64,000 nt of DNA from Octopus sinensis (lineage: Eukaryota): NCBI RefSeq assembly GCF_006345805.1, contig NC_043017.1, forward strand, positions 15,562,001 through 15,626,000, read 5' to 3'. The position numbers and the translations under genes are program-made. Under the pieces are notes generated by a model. The model did not search any database and was not told where the DNA came from. It saw only the letters and a list, made by a program, of their open reading frames with translations. This document shows, piece by piece, positions 37,753 to 53,345 of the stretch. Position 1 is the stretch's first letter. Each line of letters begins with the position of its first letter.

Positions 37753-37925
37753 ATTTTTGTTAATATTTAGCAGAAGTAACAGAGTGACTCAAGGTCTGAG
37801 ATGTTCATGCGTTGGCACATATCAAACTGGTCACAAGTCGAAACCCTGTGGGGTTAGAGTTGTTGATAAATTTTCCTCTGGAAGTTTGAGTCACTCTGTT
37901 ACTTCTGCTAAATATTAATAAAAAT
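37753..37925. mobile_element. Fold-back element with ~40-bp near-perfect inverted arms
   Basis: tttttgttaatatttagcagaagtaacagagtgactcaa ... ttgagtcactctgttacttctgctaaatattaataaaaa. Confidence 0.75.
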
Positions 37926-39151
37926 AATATAAGTATATATATATATATATATATTATCATCATCATCATCGTTTAAAGTCTGCTTTCCACAATGAAACCC
38001 AACCCCCCAAAAAACCAGAAACCTTTAAGTATTATCCAATCTATTACTAGATTCCCAAAGAAGGACAACAATGCAATATCAATGTTGTGTGTGTGTGTGT
38101 GTGTGTTCTAACTGAGATTATTATTTTAAAGGTGTAAGAATAACAACACAAGGTTTACTAATTGGAGGAGAAAGGGTTCAACTGGGTTTATTGTAAAATT
38201 CCTGTTGCCTGGGACTCCAAGTTTCACCTGACAGCTTGCCCAACCATGACAAGGCTGTCAAGGGCAACTTGGAGTTCCATTCAACACACAAATTTTACAA
38301 TATGTGTGTGTGTTCCTAAGTCCTGTAACTTAGTAGTTCAGCAAAAGAAACTGACAGAATAAGTACCAGGCTCAAAAGAATAAGTCCTGGGACTGGTTTG
38401 TGTAATTGAATCTGTCAAGTCAGTGGCCCAGTGTGGCCACAGTTCAGTGATTGAAACAAGCATATGAGTGTGCTTGAATATAAGTGGGGAGGACAGGTTC
38501 AATCAGAGCTCCAGTATGGCCGCAATCCAATGACTGAAACAAGTAAAAAGATTAATATATATATATATGTATATACACTTTGAAGGTTGTATTGTTTAAC
38601 ACATTTTACACACACATACACACACGTGGGAAAGGTTCCTTGAGCTAATCTTTCTAATTCTATCCCTAAAACTAATACCAAGCCCTATCCATCCCAAAAT
38701 AAGCCACTACTACAATCAGACACCATTTAGAAGCCATGTTAAGAAGGCTGGCCAAATGTTCTGTAGGTGATCTTGGTGTTTAACCCCAGGTCAATCCTAA
38801 TCTGGTAGAACTAAGATCAGAGCAGTCCAGATATGACCACCACATCCTATTTGCAGACAATCCATCCAGATCCAGGACCATTATCCAAATTATGTCCATT
38901 CTGTTTGTTTTTTTTAAGGAGATGGGTGTGATTGGAGATTTGGGCTACTATTTATAGCAGTCAAAATCTCTGGATTTGTGTGTGTGTGTGTGTGTGTGGG
39001 GGGGGGGTTCATCATAGATTTTGGGACAACACCAACAAACAAAACAAAAAAACACAAAGGGAGAGGTCCACTTTAAGATATATGTGTGTATATATGTAAA
39101 CACACACACATTGTGTATATGATCTCTTGTCTGCAGTCTTTGCAGTCTACA

Positions 39152-39197
<46 letters not shown>

Positions 39198-39959
39198 TGG
39201 CTCGGGTGTGAAGAGTAAAAACAGTGACACACACACACACACACACACACTTGTACAGAGAAGAAAATGGTTGTGGCAATGAGTTAAAATGAAAAACAAA
39301 AACAAGAACAAAAAAAGGTGATGGATGAATAGAGAAATGATAGAGAATTTGGTGATTACTGTTCCGACATTAAAACAGCCATGTTTCGCTCTTGTAGCCA
39401 TGGTGGTGGTGGTGGTGGTGGCGGCGGCGGCGGTGGTGGTGGTGGTGGCGGTGGTAAAGGCACAGAGAGTCGTCTTTCTCCATTGCTTTCAAGTTGACTA
39501 TCTCTGAGCACAACTGGCTGGTTAGTCACTTCAAATCTATATAGCTGCTTCTCTGTGTGTGTGTGTGTGTGTGTGTGTGGGTGTGTACATATATGCGTGT
39601 GTGTGTATATATATATATGTGTGTGTGTGTGTGTCTGTGTGTCACTCACTACTACCTCCACTCAACAACACTTCAGGAAAGGAGGATGCACAACTGGTGG
39701 AACAGCTAATATGCATAACATTACACACACACACACACGCATACACACATTGTTATTGTAACAGTCATACACACACACATTATTTTGCAGTTATATACAC
39801 CCACATGCTTGATTACATGCCCACAAATCTAAACACACACATATAGGTCCCTAAATACACAGTCACATATGCCCTTACAAACACACACACATACATGCCC
39901 TTACATATCCCAAACATATACATGAGTTCAAATGTGCCCATGCACACACACACACACAC

Positions 39960-40280
39960 TTGCCCTTTCTCTCACATACATATACCCACATATGACCTCA
40001 TACTCACACACATGCATGTCTTTTCTCTTACACACATACATATACCCTCATATGACCTCATACACATACATACACAGGTCCTTTCTCATACACACACACA
40101 TACACAGGTCCTTTCTCATACACACACACATACACAGGTCCTTTCTCATACACACACACACATACACAGGTCCTTTCTCATACACACACACACACACACA
40201 TACACAGGTCCTTTCTCATACACACACACACACACACATACACAGGTCCTTTCTCATACACACACACACACACACACACG
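39960..40280. repeat. Compound minisatellite: (catacacaggtcctttctcata) + variable (CA)n
   Basis: At least six tandem copies of the core separated by CA runs of variable length. Confidence 0.85.
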
Positions 40281-40542
40281 CATGTCATCCAATCACACAC
40301 AAAATCCTTCAAGCCAAAACAAGAAAACAATGTGGCCGCCAAGAGTATGGTGAATTATCACCATTATTATTGTAGTGGTGGTGGTGGTGGTGGTGGTAGT
40401 AGTAATCACAACCATCAATAACAATTGTGTTCTGTAAATCACTAGAAACTAAACAGAACAGAATGAAGACCCTCACTGCAAAAAACAAAGCAAAAATGAA
40501 GTGAGACGATATTTTTAGTAAGAGCAGCAGCAGCACCACTAC

Positions 40543-40587
<45 letters not shown>

Positions 40588-41419
40588 ACCAGTAACGTTC
40601 ATCACCACTAGCACCACTACTATCACGAAAATACCAGAACAGACCATCAGCATCATCATCATCATCATCAACACCATTGTCTATAACCACCGCCATCACC
40701 ATCTCATTACCAACATCATCAACATCATCACTACAACCACCATCATCGCAAATCACTTAAAATTCCTATTATCAATCAGATATATAACCCCAGATAACCC
40801 CTAATAATAGGAACCACTTCCAATGAAGGAGACAATCCTAATTTAAGAGACTGACCCCTCCCTCCAATAATGGGGACAATTTTAATGTAAGAGGGCCAGG
40901 GGCTCTTCTCCAATCTGTCCGAAATCTCTCCCAAACACTATTTGATGTTGAAAAATGAAGTTTACTTCTACAACCAGACTGGTTGACTGTCCAAACAGTT
41001 ACTCCTATCTTGACCACAACAACTACAGTGACCACTACCGAAACCAACACTCCCCACCAGGAATACCACCACCACTACTACTACCAGTACCACCACAACT
41101 AATAAAAAAAATGGATAGTCCTGTAGTAATTCAACCAAAACAAAAATAGAAATATATATATCTATTATACATATATATATAACTTGCACTAGTTTCAGCT
41201 AGGACACCCCCATTAAAAAAAAGAAGTGAGGACTCCCAAAGTGTTGTTGACCACTCCCCTAAGAGGGCATACCTGGTTTCCTTCCCCATAGAATATATGC
41301 TTCATACACAATATATATGCATAAGACATAAAACATAAATATATGCATGTGCATATGTGTGCATGTGTATGTATACAAATATAAATACACACACATATAT
41401 ATATATTATATATGTATAT

Positions 41420-41479
<60 letters not shown>

Positions 41480-42358
41480 TATATAAAGCTGCCTACAAAT
41501 AGAAAGTTGTGAGTACAGACAGTGAGGTCATCAGTTTCTGACAAAGTAAACTCTACAAGTATTGAATACTTCACCTCCCGTTGTATATGTGTGTGTGTGT
41601 GTACACAATAATAATTCAAAACAGATTTTACCTGTAATACTAAATATTCTTTTCTACTCTAGACACAAGGCCCAGAATTTTGGGGGAGGGTACACTGGTA
41701 CTTTGTTTTTCGACCCCCAAAAGGATGAAAGGCAAAGTCGACCTCGGTGGAATTTGAACTCAAAACATAAAGACAGACGAAATACTGCTAAGCATTTCGC
41801 CCGGCGTGCTAACCACTCTGCCAGCTTGCTGCCCTCATAGAGTATATATATATATATATATTTATTTCTTCATTGCCCACAGGGGTCTAAATATAGAGGA
41901 GACAGACAAAGGGATTACGTCGATTATATCGACTCCAGTGCATAATTCGTACTTATTTAATTGACCCCTAACGGATGCAAAGCAAAGTCAACCTTGGTGG
42001 AGTTTGAACTCAGAACGTAAAGACAGACGACATACTGCTAAGCATTTCGCCCAGCATGCTAACCACTCTGCCAGCCCGTCACCTTTGTAACACTAAATAT
42101 TGAATAGTGAATATGCATATATGTACACACACACACACACACACACACAAAGGTTGTCCAGAAAGTTTTACCCAATTTTGCCAAAAGAACCATTAATTAA
42201 CCAGCTGCTTTAATTTCACACAACTATACTTGAAATGATAACTAATGAGGAACAATTTCAAAAGAATAATTGATTTGCAAACTAAATTAAAATTAACTAA
42301 TTATATATAGATACTTGGGTGTATGTTTATATAAATATATGATTATGTATATACAGAA

Positions 42359-42396
<38 letters not shown>

Positions 42397-44111
42397 GTGT
42401 GTGTGTGTGCACGTATGTATCTCTCATCATCATTTAACATTCATGTTCCATGCTGGTATGGGTTGGACTACAGACATGTGCATATATATTTATATATGTG
42501 TGTGTATGCATGTATGTGTGTGTGCCTGTATTTAATCTAATGCCTTCTGTATAAGCCTAAACTAACAGTATATATGACAGTAGAATGTAAGCAATTGGTT
42601 AACTATCTGAGAATTAAGAAAAGCAACCTGAATATGGAACCATGTAAATATTTTCTGATATTACAATATATATATATACATATATATATACACCATATAT
42701 TATCATATATATATATTAAGATGGTTTTTATCATTCTATAAGTAAATATTAACCGAGGGTTTTAAATAAAGTATTTTTTAACAAATATTTTTTTAATATT
42801 TTGCTCCAGTTGCAATTCATGATTAGAGAATAGATACATACCTCTCTCTATCTGTCTATATTATACACACACACACACACATTATAGAAACCACAAAAAA
42901 GCAAAAGATTTTCAAGAAACCAATTTCTTCTTAAATTCTTCATTTCTATAGCAAAAGAAAAGATGAAAAAATTTAAATATGTATAAGCGTACGTTGTGCA
43001 TGTGTGTGTGTGTGTGACCCAAAGACTGAGTGCACCTATGTGTATATATATAGCATGTCTCTAGTTGGCTCTCTTTCCAAATAATCAACAAATGTCACCA
43101 AATGGATTTTATACACACAGACATAAAGGTTTGAAACTAGTTGAAAACCTTAGCTATACACACAAATATCAGATGACACAGACACACATATACACACACA
43201 TTACTCTATACACATATAGAAATATTTAAATGTGCATGAGTGTGTGGGGGGGTGAGAGAGAGAGAATACACACATCAGGCCATACACACTCGTACAAGTA
43301 TCAAGCCATCTCCTGTTTGTTTATTCCACCAAACAAGGATGCAGAGAAAGGATTGGATGTCTGGAGTGAACAGAAAGAATGTTAAATACAGTTGTTAAAG
43401 AATCTACAAGAGAACTCAAAGACCAAGTCTTCAGCAACAAGCCTGTGCTTATAAACATAAGAGAATCCAAGGGAGGGGAAAATAGTTATCAAAGCTAAAA
43501 TTTAATCAGACAATGAAGGATATTCCCAAAAGATTTTTAAAAGTTCCACCATGGACTTACATTATTGCTCGGGGGGAGGGGGGTATGTGGTGGCGGTGAT
43601 GCAGTAATGAGGGTTGAAGAGAAACTAAAACAAAAGCAGGTGGAAAGTGGACATTAAGACAATTAACTTCATCATTACACTTTCTTACTGTATACACACA
43701 TGTGCGCGCGCACTTGCATGCTTGATGCAACTGTCTTGACTCAACCAAGACAGTCACCACTTTGTAAATGGACACGGTTTTCAGTGGTTAACAAGAAGCT
43801 GCACCATATTTAATGCAGGCATACATGTATGTATGTATGTGTGTGAGAGAGAGTGTGCCTGTGTATGTGTGCATGAGAATAGAGGCTGTGAGTGTATGTG
43901 TGTGAGAGTGTCTATATATAATATATATGCTGGTGCGTGTGCGTATGCATACAGAGATGCAAATTGACATGGCTGTATGTACATGCAAACCAGTCAATAT
44001 TGTTATACACACTTGTTAAATACGTTTGCACTAGATTATATATGCTAGTTAATATACTAGTAGTATTGTATATATCTATTAGTCACTAGAAAATATATCA
44101 GCAGTAGGCTA

Positions 44112-44174
<63 letters not shown>

Positions 44175-44204
44175 TCATCATCATCGTTTAGCGTCCGTTT
44201 ATAC

Positions 44205-44261
<57 letters not shown>

Positions 44262-44845
44262 CATGTGTCTGTGTATAAATATATATGTGTGTGTGTAGAA
44301 AACTTTAGATAGGCAGATAGATAGATAAAACTATATATACTAGCTAATATATTTTAGGTTTTTGTAACTTTCCTTCCAAAGGTCAAACAGTTAAAGCCTC
44401 CTCAAAGTGGACATTTCAGTTGAGAAATAACAGCCAAATCTGTTTCAAATTGCACCGTACTATTTTAAAGATGGACAGGAAATATTAAGTAACATAATTT
44501 AAGCTACACATAAGGCAGGATGGTCACGGTTAAATTGATATCTTCGATCATGTTTGCTCAATGAGTGACTGACGTGGGACAAGAGACAACCAATCCATAG
44601 GGGTTGGCTAAATGGGTGAAAAAAGTTATTTAATTGAAATGGAAAAGATTTGAACCTTTCAGAATAGAATAAAACATTGTTGGAGAGACGGACAGAGCTA
44701 AAATTTGAAGGTGGGGTGAAGACTTAGGCTGTAGGGGCCAAGAAATGTATAAAAGAGAGGGAAATTGGTAAAGATCAGTAGAGAACCAGCCTTAGTGAAA
44801 AGACCTGACGACTTTTTGCTTTTGGAACAAGCTCAAAATATCAAT

Positions 44846-44896
<51 letters not shown>

Positions 44897-45329
44897 ATTA
44901 TTATTATTGTAAAAACAATTCTGTATCAAATATTTTAATTTGGATATTACAGAAAGCCTCTACTGCAAAAATTAGGAGCATTTTTTTTTACTTTCATATA
45001 TATATATATACTATATAATATATATGCGCAGGCACGCATCTGTTGTTTTTCTGAGCAAGATACCAAAGAATAAAAAAATATACGCAATGAAGAATTTTTA
45101 TTTTCACACTGCATACTGATCGAAAATGTGTATGTAATATATATATATATATATGAACAACCATGTATGTATATGTGTATGTAACAAATGACATTATAAA
45201 GTTCCTAGCATTTGTTAAATACAAGTGGAATGGCATGAGCAACGAAGGAAAGGTCTATGAAAAGAGAGAATATCTCATTTGCAGAGCTAAGAAAGGGTTA
45301 AGGTATTCGCTCTCTCAGCAGCTGGATTG

Positions 45330-45430
45330 CTGTCGTCAACAAAACAGTGCCAGAGAGACTGAGAGGGGGGGAGGAAACGGCGGCCATGTTGAAATCACCC
45401 AAGCTGACTGGCTACACACTATAAATATAT
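45330..45430 (-). promoter_or_regulatory. Candidate EHMT core promoter/TSS region with YY1-type motif (CAACATGGCCGCCG on minus, ~45378-45391)
   Basis: YY1/Pho-like motif at the left edge of the CpG-retaining zone, oriented with the gene. TSS assignment is inference only. Confidence 0.35.
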
Positions 45431-45778
45431 AACATTATATATAGACATATCGACACCGCATTAAGTTATTTAACATAAAATTTCCTTGTGCTTTATATAT
45501 ACCTTTGAAAGAAAATAAATTATCAATGCTATTATTAATTGTAATATATATTCAGAATAGAATAAGAGAAGGTGTTAGTGATCATGGTGGTGGTGGTACT
45601 TTGTAGGTCTTTTGGACAATTCTCTGTATTTTAAGTTTTTACAATTCTGACTGGAATTTAGAAAAACAATTTTTTTTTACAAATATCGATTAACAATGAG
45701 AATAAACATTTTTTAAACTACCTTGAACTATCTACCTCTAAACTCGTACATACGCCTCACACACACACACACATATAT

Positions 45779-45850
<72 letters not shown>

Positions 45851-45955
45851 GACACACGCGTACACAAAGAAGCAAATACAGAAGGTTTCACGAAGTTACT
45901 GAGAAGACTATGTGGTACAGGTCGTTTCTAAGTGTATATAGATAAAATATATACT

Positions 45956-46010
<55 letters not shown>

Positions 46011-46026
46011 ATAATGATGATGATGA

Positions 46027-46061
<35 letters not shown>

Positions 46062-46080
46062 CTGATCTGATTACCTCAAT

Positions 46081-46129
<49 letters not shown>

Positions 46130-47343
46130 TATATATACATACATACATTATGCAGATAAATAGATAGGAATGTATTTTTCGTCTTATCCTAAATTAATAA
46201 TCCAAACTAAATTTTATTAAAATACGTTTCTAATTATTTACTTTCCAAAAGAACTGAGGGAAACAAACTCCAGAAGCATGAAATATTCTAAAATATACTA
46301 AGCTACAAAAGTAATGGAGCAGATATAGGAAAGAAAAGAACTGAGAAAAAATATCACTTGGTGAAATATTTTAATGTGAAAACAAACAGCAAATACGGGA
46401 GGGAAGAAGACGGGCGAGAAAAGCAATGGAGGAGAGTAGGTCACACACCGCCGCCGCCGCCATTACTGCTAGCAGTGAACTATAATATGCATTTCATTCA
46501 TACATTTTATACACCACACGTGTGTGTGTGTGTGTATGTATATATATTATATACATGTATATATATATATATACATATATATAACTTGTATGAATTCCAT
46601 TTGGTGGCTGGTCTATTTTATTAGCTGGTTTATATTTTTTGAGCATCCCGTCTTTATTTGCCGTAACATCTCCATGCCCCAACCTTCAATAGATGAAGAC
46701 GTTAATAATAATAATTAATTCTTTTATTGGCCACAAGGGCTAACAAAAACAACATCAACTTACAAAACAGGACGATATAAAGGGTTTTAGAACGGGTAAA
46801 TGAAATAAAGAAAAAAACAAATAAAACTCCTAATAGGGGAGGTGCTTTAAGGCTACTCGTGGAAACCCCACAAAAGCCACGGGTGCCTGACCAACAGGGC
46901 CCAGAGCCCTTTTATCTATTTATTTTTTCATAGGAGTATACTCAGAATTGGTTCTTTCACACTGACCATTTTCTCAATAATAGTAGTAGTAGTAGTTGTT
47001 GTTGTTGTTGTTGGTGGTTTATTTCTCCACAAATCATTGATTATTATTAATGATTAATCATAACGACTTCTTGATGACTTATTTTGTGTGTGAGTTCGAG
47101 AAATAAGGAAAGAGTACAATATAAAGTACGTGACGTGACCTTCGTAATTGTTGCCTGGTTAGCATTCAATGGCGAAAGCGTAGCGGTTGGCTTCCAATGA
47201 GGGAATAGTATAATAATGCCTAATACATAAGCTGTAACCACTTTTTATATATATAGATATATACTTATAATACATGCACACACACAATATACAGATACAT
47301 ACACACAATTGGAAAACCACTAGGATGAGGGCTCATGTGTATG

Positions 47344-47408
<65 letters not shown>

Positions 47409-48053
47409 CATATGCCACCTCTTATTGTAATCACTTTGGAACGAGGGCTTTTCGATAACAAAAAACGGCTAATAATAAAGCTAAAATGTTAGAGACCCAC
47501 AAACTCTGATCATAAGCGTCTTCTATTATTAGCACCATATTTATAAGTTCTGGTGCGTGACCGAAGACGGTGTCTTCTTCTTCAAATGTGTTTATATAGC
47601 TGGCAAATATATTTCATTACAGACCCTTCTTGAAAGATAACAGCCATTCCTACCAATATCTAATGTCTTTTTTTTTTCACTGGGTCTTCGGCCATGTTGA
47701 GGCAATTCTATCTTAAAAAGCTTTCAAGACAATGGTTCAATGTGGTACCTAGAAATTGCTAGAAATAGCAGCTAAAGTTTCCTCAAATCCCATTCCACCA
47801 TTAAAAAAATTCAGAACACATTGCATAATATGGTCCTGGTTTCTCAGTTTGCCGGAAATAGACAAAATGGCCACGGGTGGAGTGACTAATTGTTCTGCTC
47901 GATTAGGATTGACTTGGTGTTAAATGACGACATAAAGATGTGCCTGTATGTGTGCGTACATGTCAAATATATAGACATAAACTATTTAGCATTAAACCGA
48001 ATTGCTCAATAGTTTTAATATAATACACAGTAAGCTTTTACAAGGTAAAGGTT

Positions 48054-48099
48054 GACAGTGACTTCGAAGTTTCGGCTTGTTTTCCTTCGTCAGATTGTC
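48054..48099 (-). ncRNA. Minimal type I hammerhead ribozyme-like motif (Penelope-type)
   Basis: Minus strand reads gacaau-CUGACGA-a-gg(aaaacaag)cc-GAAA-c-uucgaa-GUC-acuguc. Core is intact, stem III is palindromic (acuucgaagu), and stem I has 5 of 6 pairs. Confidence 0.55.
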
Positions 48100-48373
48100 T
48101 GTGCGTGTGTGTGTGTATAAATGCGTACATACACACAAATACTATTTTATAGACATTACTCTGTTGCTACTCTGAGTTACACACACACACACACATGCAT
48201 ACGCAATGCAGTTTTATTCATATCCACCACGAGGCGGATAACGCCAGACGTAATCCTCCTACACACACACTGCAGTTATTCGACATGTCCACCACCCTGA
48301 TCAATCACGTCAAAGGTCATGGGCTGTTTCCTCTCGACAAAACTTCCATATACGTATACACACACACACACAC

Positions 48374-48431
<58 letters not shown>

Positions 48432-50739
48432 CAGCTTAGACACACGCATATCTCGGTATTCTATGTCCGCCGACACGTATACACGCCAATAAACACGGCC
48501 TCCAAAAGCCTACTGAATGTGAATCGACAGTTCTGTGGAAACATGGAACAGTGGCACATAACACACACAAACAAACATATACACACGCACAAATATTTAA
48601 CGCATGTAAGCCTTCGTTCCAAAGTGATTATCACAGCCAATTACATTGTATGTGTACGCGTATTATATATACACACACGATTAAACGATAAAACCTACAC
48701 GTGTGTCTGTGTTATATACATACATATATATATACATAACGCGCGCCTGTCCCTTCCAGTCCTGCATGGATGTATTTCGTTCTAAACAAGAACCTTTAGA
48801 TTAAGGTCGCCCGTAAACATTCACTCCCTCATATTCTACACACTGCCTTCCTTAGCTTTTACACAGGCAAAAAGAAAACAAAATGACTAATTTACTGGTA
48901 GCCGTAGTTTATTTAGTCTTTGCCGTTGCTACTGTTGGCTGACTTGGTTGGAGCGACGGTTAGAAAGGGTGCCAAGGAACGGGAAGGCAGGTGTGGCTAT
49001 GCGGTGAAGAAGCTTGCCTACAAACCGTGCGGTCTTGGGTTCAGTCGTCACAATGCACAGCACCTAGGGCAAATATCTTCTATTACTATTAAAACCTTGG
49101 GTCGACCCAAAAATAATAAAGAACACTGTGAGGCAGACGGAAAGTGAAAGAAGCTCGTCGAGTCTATGAAAATATGTGTGTGTGCACGTGCGGTCGTTAG
49201 TACCTCACCACTGCTTGATAACTGGTATTGGTTTGTTTACGTCCCCGTATTCTAGCGGTTCAGCAAGAGTTGCCGATAGAATAAATACCGGGGTCAATCT
49301 GTTCGACTAAACCCTTCAAGGCAATACCCCAGCATGGCCGCTGTACAATAACTGGGAAAAGGCAGAGATAAAACCTTCGCTTTCAGGGAGGAAATACGTA
49401 TAAGAAACCCTTTTATTAGTAGTATTGATATGAATAAACTAATATAATCATGAGTTGTGACTCTTCTGCGAAAATTTCGGTTAAACTTTGCCTATTTTAT
49501 CCTTGATTAATAACTCACAAGTGTTCATTAAGTTAATCCCCTCTTGGGGCCTTTTTATAACAGTGTAAGTTAGTTGTTGGCTTTGTAAGGTTTAAGGAAA
49601 AGGCAACATTTTCTCTCAGAGAGAATATGAAGATTACGAGTAAGAGATGTCAAATGTTTTCTAAGAATGGTTCCTTAAATTAGGGGGAAAGGGCTAAATG
49701 AGGCGGGAGGGGGGGATCATGATATTAATGAGTTTTGGTAATTTGTGACATGGGTTAAGTACCAAGTGGTATTGGAATCTTCGTCCCAAAGTCAGACAGA
49801 CGCAGATGGAAACGCAATCTGACATTTTCATTTGTTTAAAAGCGGAGGTCGTGATGTTCATGCCATAAGCATACTTTAAGAATATGATGTAATTTCTAAA
49901 CATATTTCGTCATTGATATACAAGACTGCTACATTTGTGTGTATATAAATTGAATATATATATATATATATAAAGTAAGAGGAGGGATATGCTATACAGG
50001 CAGATATGGAATTCCTGTGAGTAATATGCCAAGGCTGGTTCCTTCGGATGTGGTGCGCTTTTTGGTAATCTAACTGGAAATAAACATAAAGCTTGAATGT
50101 TCAAATTCTTCATTCTCATTATATATATATATTCTTGTATTTGTTTCAGTCATTAGGCAGCGGCCACGTTGGGGCAGTGCCTTGAAGAGTTTTAGTCGAA
50201 CGAATCGACCTTAGTATTTTTTTTTAAGCCTGGTACTTATTCTATCGGTTTCTTTAGCTGACAGCTAAGTTACGGCCGAACACACACACACATATATGTA
50301 TGTATGTATGTACGTATATATATATAAATTAATGGATTAAAACTGACCTACATCTGCATGCAAGCAACTATAAATACAATATTTTTTTCACAAAAGCTTG
50401 CCAGTTACTTCGAAGTTTCCGTTTCGTCTCTAACACACATTGTTGACACATAAACACACACACACACACAATTCCGAGAGCGACTGTGTTCAAGTTTTTC
50501 ATATTTATTTCTTATTTATTCTTAATTTCTTAATGTGTTGTTATGTTTAATATGGAATGGTAGCCCCATTCACAATGGTCCTCGGTATGTAAGACCTTCT
50601 ACCTCGTCTTCAGAATAAAGGCTAAGGCGGTCTTAAAATATGAACTCCACGACATCAAAGCTCCAAACCAAACAAAGAAATAACAAAAGAATATCAGATT
50701 AAAATACATCCTTAAAACATTTGAACGCAAAGTACTTTC

Positions 50740-51092
50740 CATATATATATATATATAATATATATAATATAATATAATATATATATATATATATATACAT
50801 ATATTATATATATATATATATATACACACATATATATAGACATATATATATATACATATATATACATATATATATATCATATATATATATATATACATTA
50901 TATAACATATATATATATATACATATATATATTATACATATATATATACATATATATACATATATATACATATATATATATACATATATATATACACATA
51001 TAATACATATAGATATAAATATATATATTACATATATATATATACATAATATATATACACATATATATACATATATATATACATATATATAC

Positions 51093-51125
<33 letters not shown>

Positions 51126-51472
51126 CAATATATACATATATATATATACATATATATACATATATATATACATATATATATACATATATATATATATATA
51201 ATACATATATATATATATATATATACATATATAATATACATATATATAATATATACACTAATATATATACATATATATATAATATATACATATACATATA
51301 TATATACATACATATATATATACATATATATATACATATATAATATACATCTATATATACATACATTATATTACATAATATATATACATATATATTATAC
51401 ATATATATATATACATTATATATATATATATAACATACATATCTATATATATAATATATATATATATATATA

Positions 51473-51511
<39 letters not shown>

Positions 51512-51530
51512 CATACATACACACACATAC
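50740..51530. repeat. Long degenerate (TA)n/(TACA)n microsatellite (~800 bp)
   Basis: Directly visible. Confidence 0.95.
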
Positions 51531-53314
51531 GTATATGCATCCATACTTAGGAGCAGGGTTAACATTACCTAGCATTTAATTATTATACACACACACACAC
51601 ATATATATATATTATATATAATGCACAATTAATATAAAATAAATCCGGATAATATATTTGTTCCGTAAAAGTACAGAGTCTGAAATAAAAGCAAGTACGA
51701 CAAAAGGCAGGAAAATACATGAAGAAATTTATTTTTTAAACAAAAAGAAAACGAAAATTTTTAAATGGCCGCAGATCAAGGTTTGAGTAGAGCTCTGGTA
51801 TACTTTAGAATATTTCTTTAAACAAAGCATTCGGATTACTATGAAGTGTCGGAGCTAGTTTAAAATGCAGGTTTGATATCTGTGTTTGAACAGTCTTACA
51901 ACGGAGGACTTTCAAAATCTGGTTCAATATGACACCTTTTCTCACTCTCACCTAACACCCTTTCGGGGACCTCATTAGCATAATAACTGTCACAAATTAA
52001 CATAAAATAAATCAAACCGAAAATTTTTTTTCTTTTATTAATTTTTATAATTTCTGAAATGTCCGTAAATATATATACAGAACAGAACAAATTTGAATAA
52101 AAAGTCCTTGAAATAATAAAAATAATAATATTTCTAGGAACGAAATGAGAGGACTTCGAAATAAAAGAAATGAGCGAGAAACAGAAGGTTGATAGTGGTA
52201 GAGACAAGCTGTTATCAAGCAAGCTAAACATGGCTTCCACTAATATTTGCCGTCGTTTTCACAACAGCTTCAAATATCTGTTCTAGTCAGTGACTCACGC
52301 ACGCACACACACATATATATGTGTGGTTGTATGTGTGTGTGTATATATATATATATAATATATATATATATATATACATACACACAGAGGCACATCTAGA
52401 TATTGTCTATCCCATTTTGCTGGTTTTTAGGGCCTTTTATTAACTTAGAGCCCATCTGAATATGAATTGGTCAGAGTGTTGTTATGTGAAATATTTCAAA
52501 TTACAGAAAGAAATAGTTCACAAGACACAGTGCAAGACATCATGCACAACAGGAAGCTTCTTTGGTGGTCGCTGAACCAACTAGAAATAACAGCTAAATA
52601 GCCTTCAAATTACACCTGTAACGTCTTAAAATGGAAACAACACATTGTAAAATATAGTTTTAGATGGAATACGTTTAAAAGAAAAGAAACATGATGGGTG
52701 CAGCTGCAATGCCTTTGATTATAAATCGTCTTGATCATGGAAGACCTAGGGTTAAACAAGCCAAGACATTTCAGAAAGCTTGAACACACTATACACATAC
52801 TAGTGTTACCATCACACACACATACAATAATGATGGCGTTACACACAAACACACTGGTGAAACCATTACACACACTCACACACAAATGGTACTATTTATA
52901 CACACACACACACACACACACAAAGCTATCAATAATAATCACAACTATCTTGTTTATAATATTAACCAGTAACAGTCAATGGAGATAGTGTACTGGGCAA
53001 TTACTAACATAGTAAAATAAAGTTATCGTTTCTCTTTTTATTAAGATTTAATACAATTTTTCTGGAGATTGGAAGAAATAAAACAAGATGGCCGTGGAAA
53101 AGCAGCAGTAGCGGTGATGTGGGGAGGAGGAGGAGGTGGTGGAGTATAGCGATTGTAAGGCAAAGACGGTGGTGGTGGTGGTAACGGTGGATAGAACAAG
53201 AGAAGCGGTGGCGGAGGCAGCTGAACCAGCAGCGGCGACGGTGGTGAAATAACATAGTGACTGTAAGGCGATAGTGGTGATGGCGGTGACAGCAACAGTA
53301 GCAGGCAGTGTGTA

Positions 53315-53345
<31 letters not shown>

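Noticed and set aside
39356-39661. Poly-Pro ORF as a possible upstream EHMT exon
   Set aside because: Derived from (CCA)n/(CA)n repeats; no good donor and no homology.
50599-51575. ORFs rich in Y/I/C/M
   Set aside because: Translations of (TA)n microsatellite; the same applies to the many HT/CV/YI ORFs across the window.
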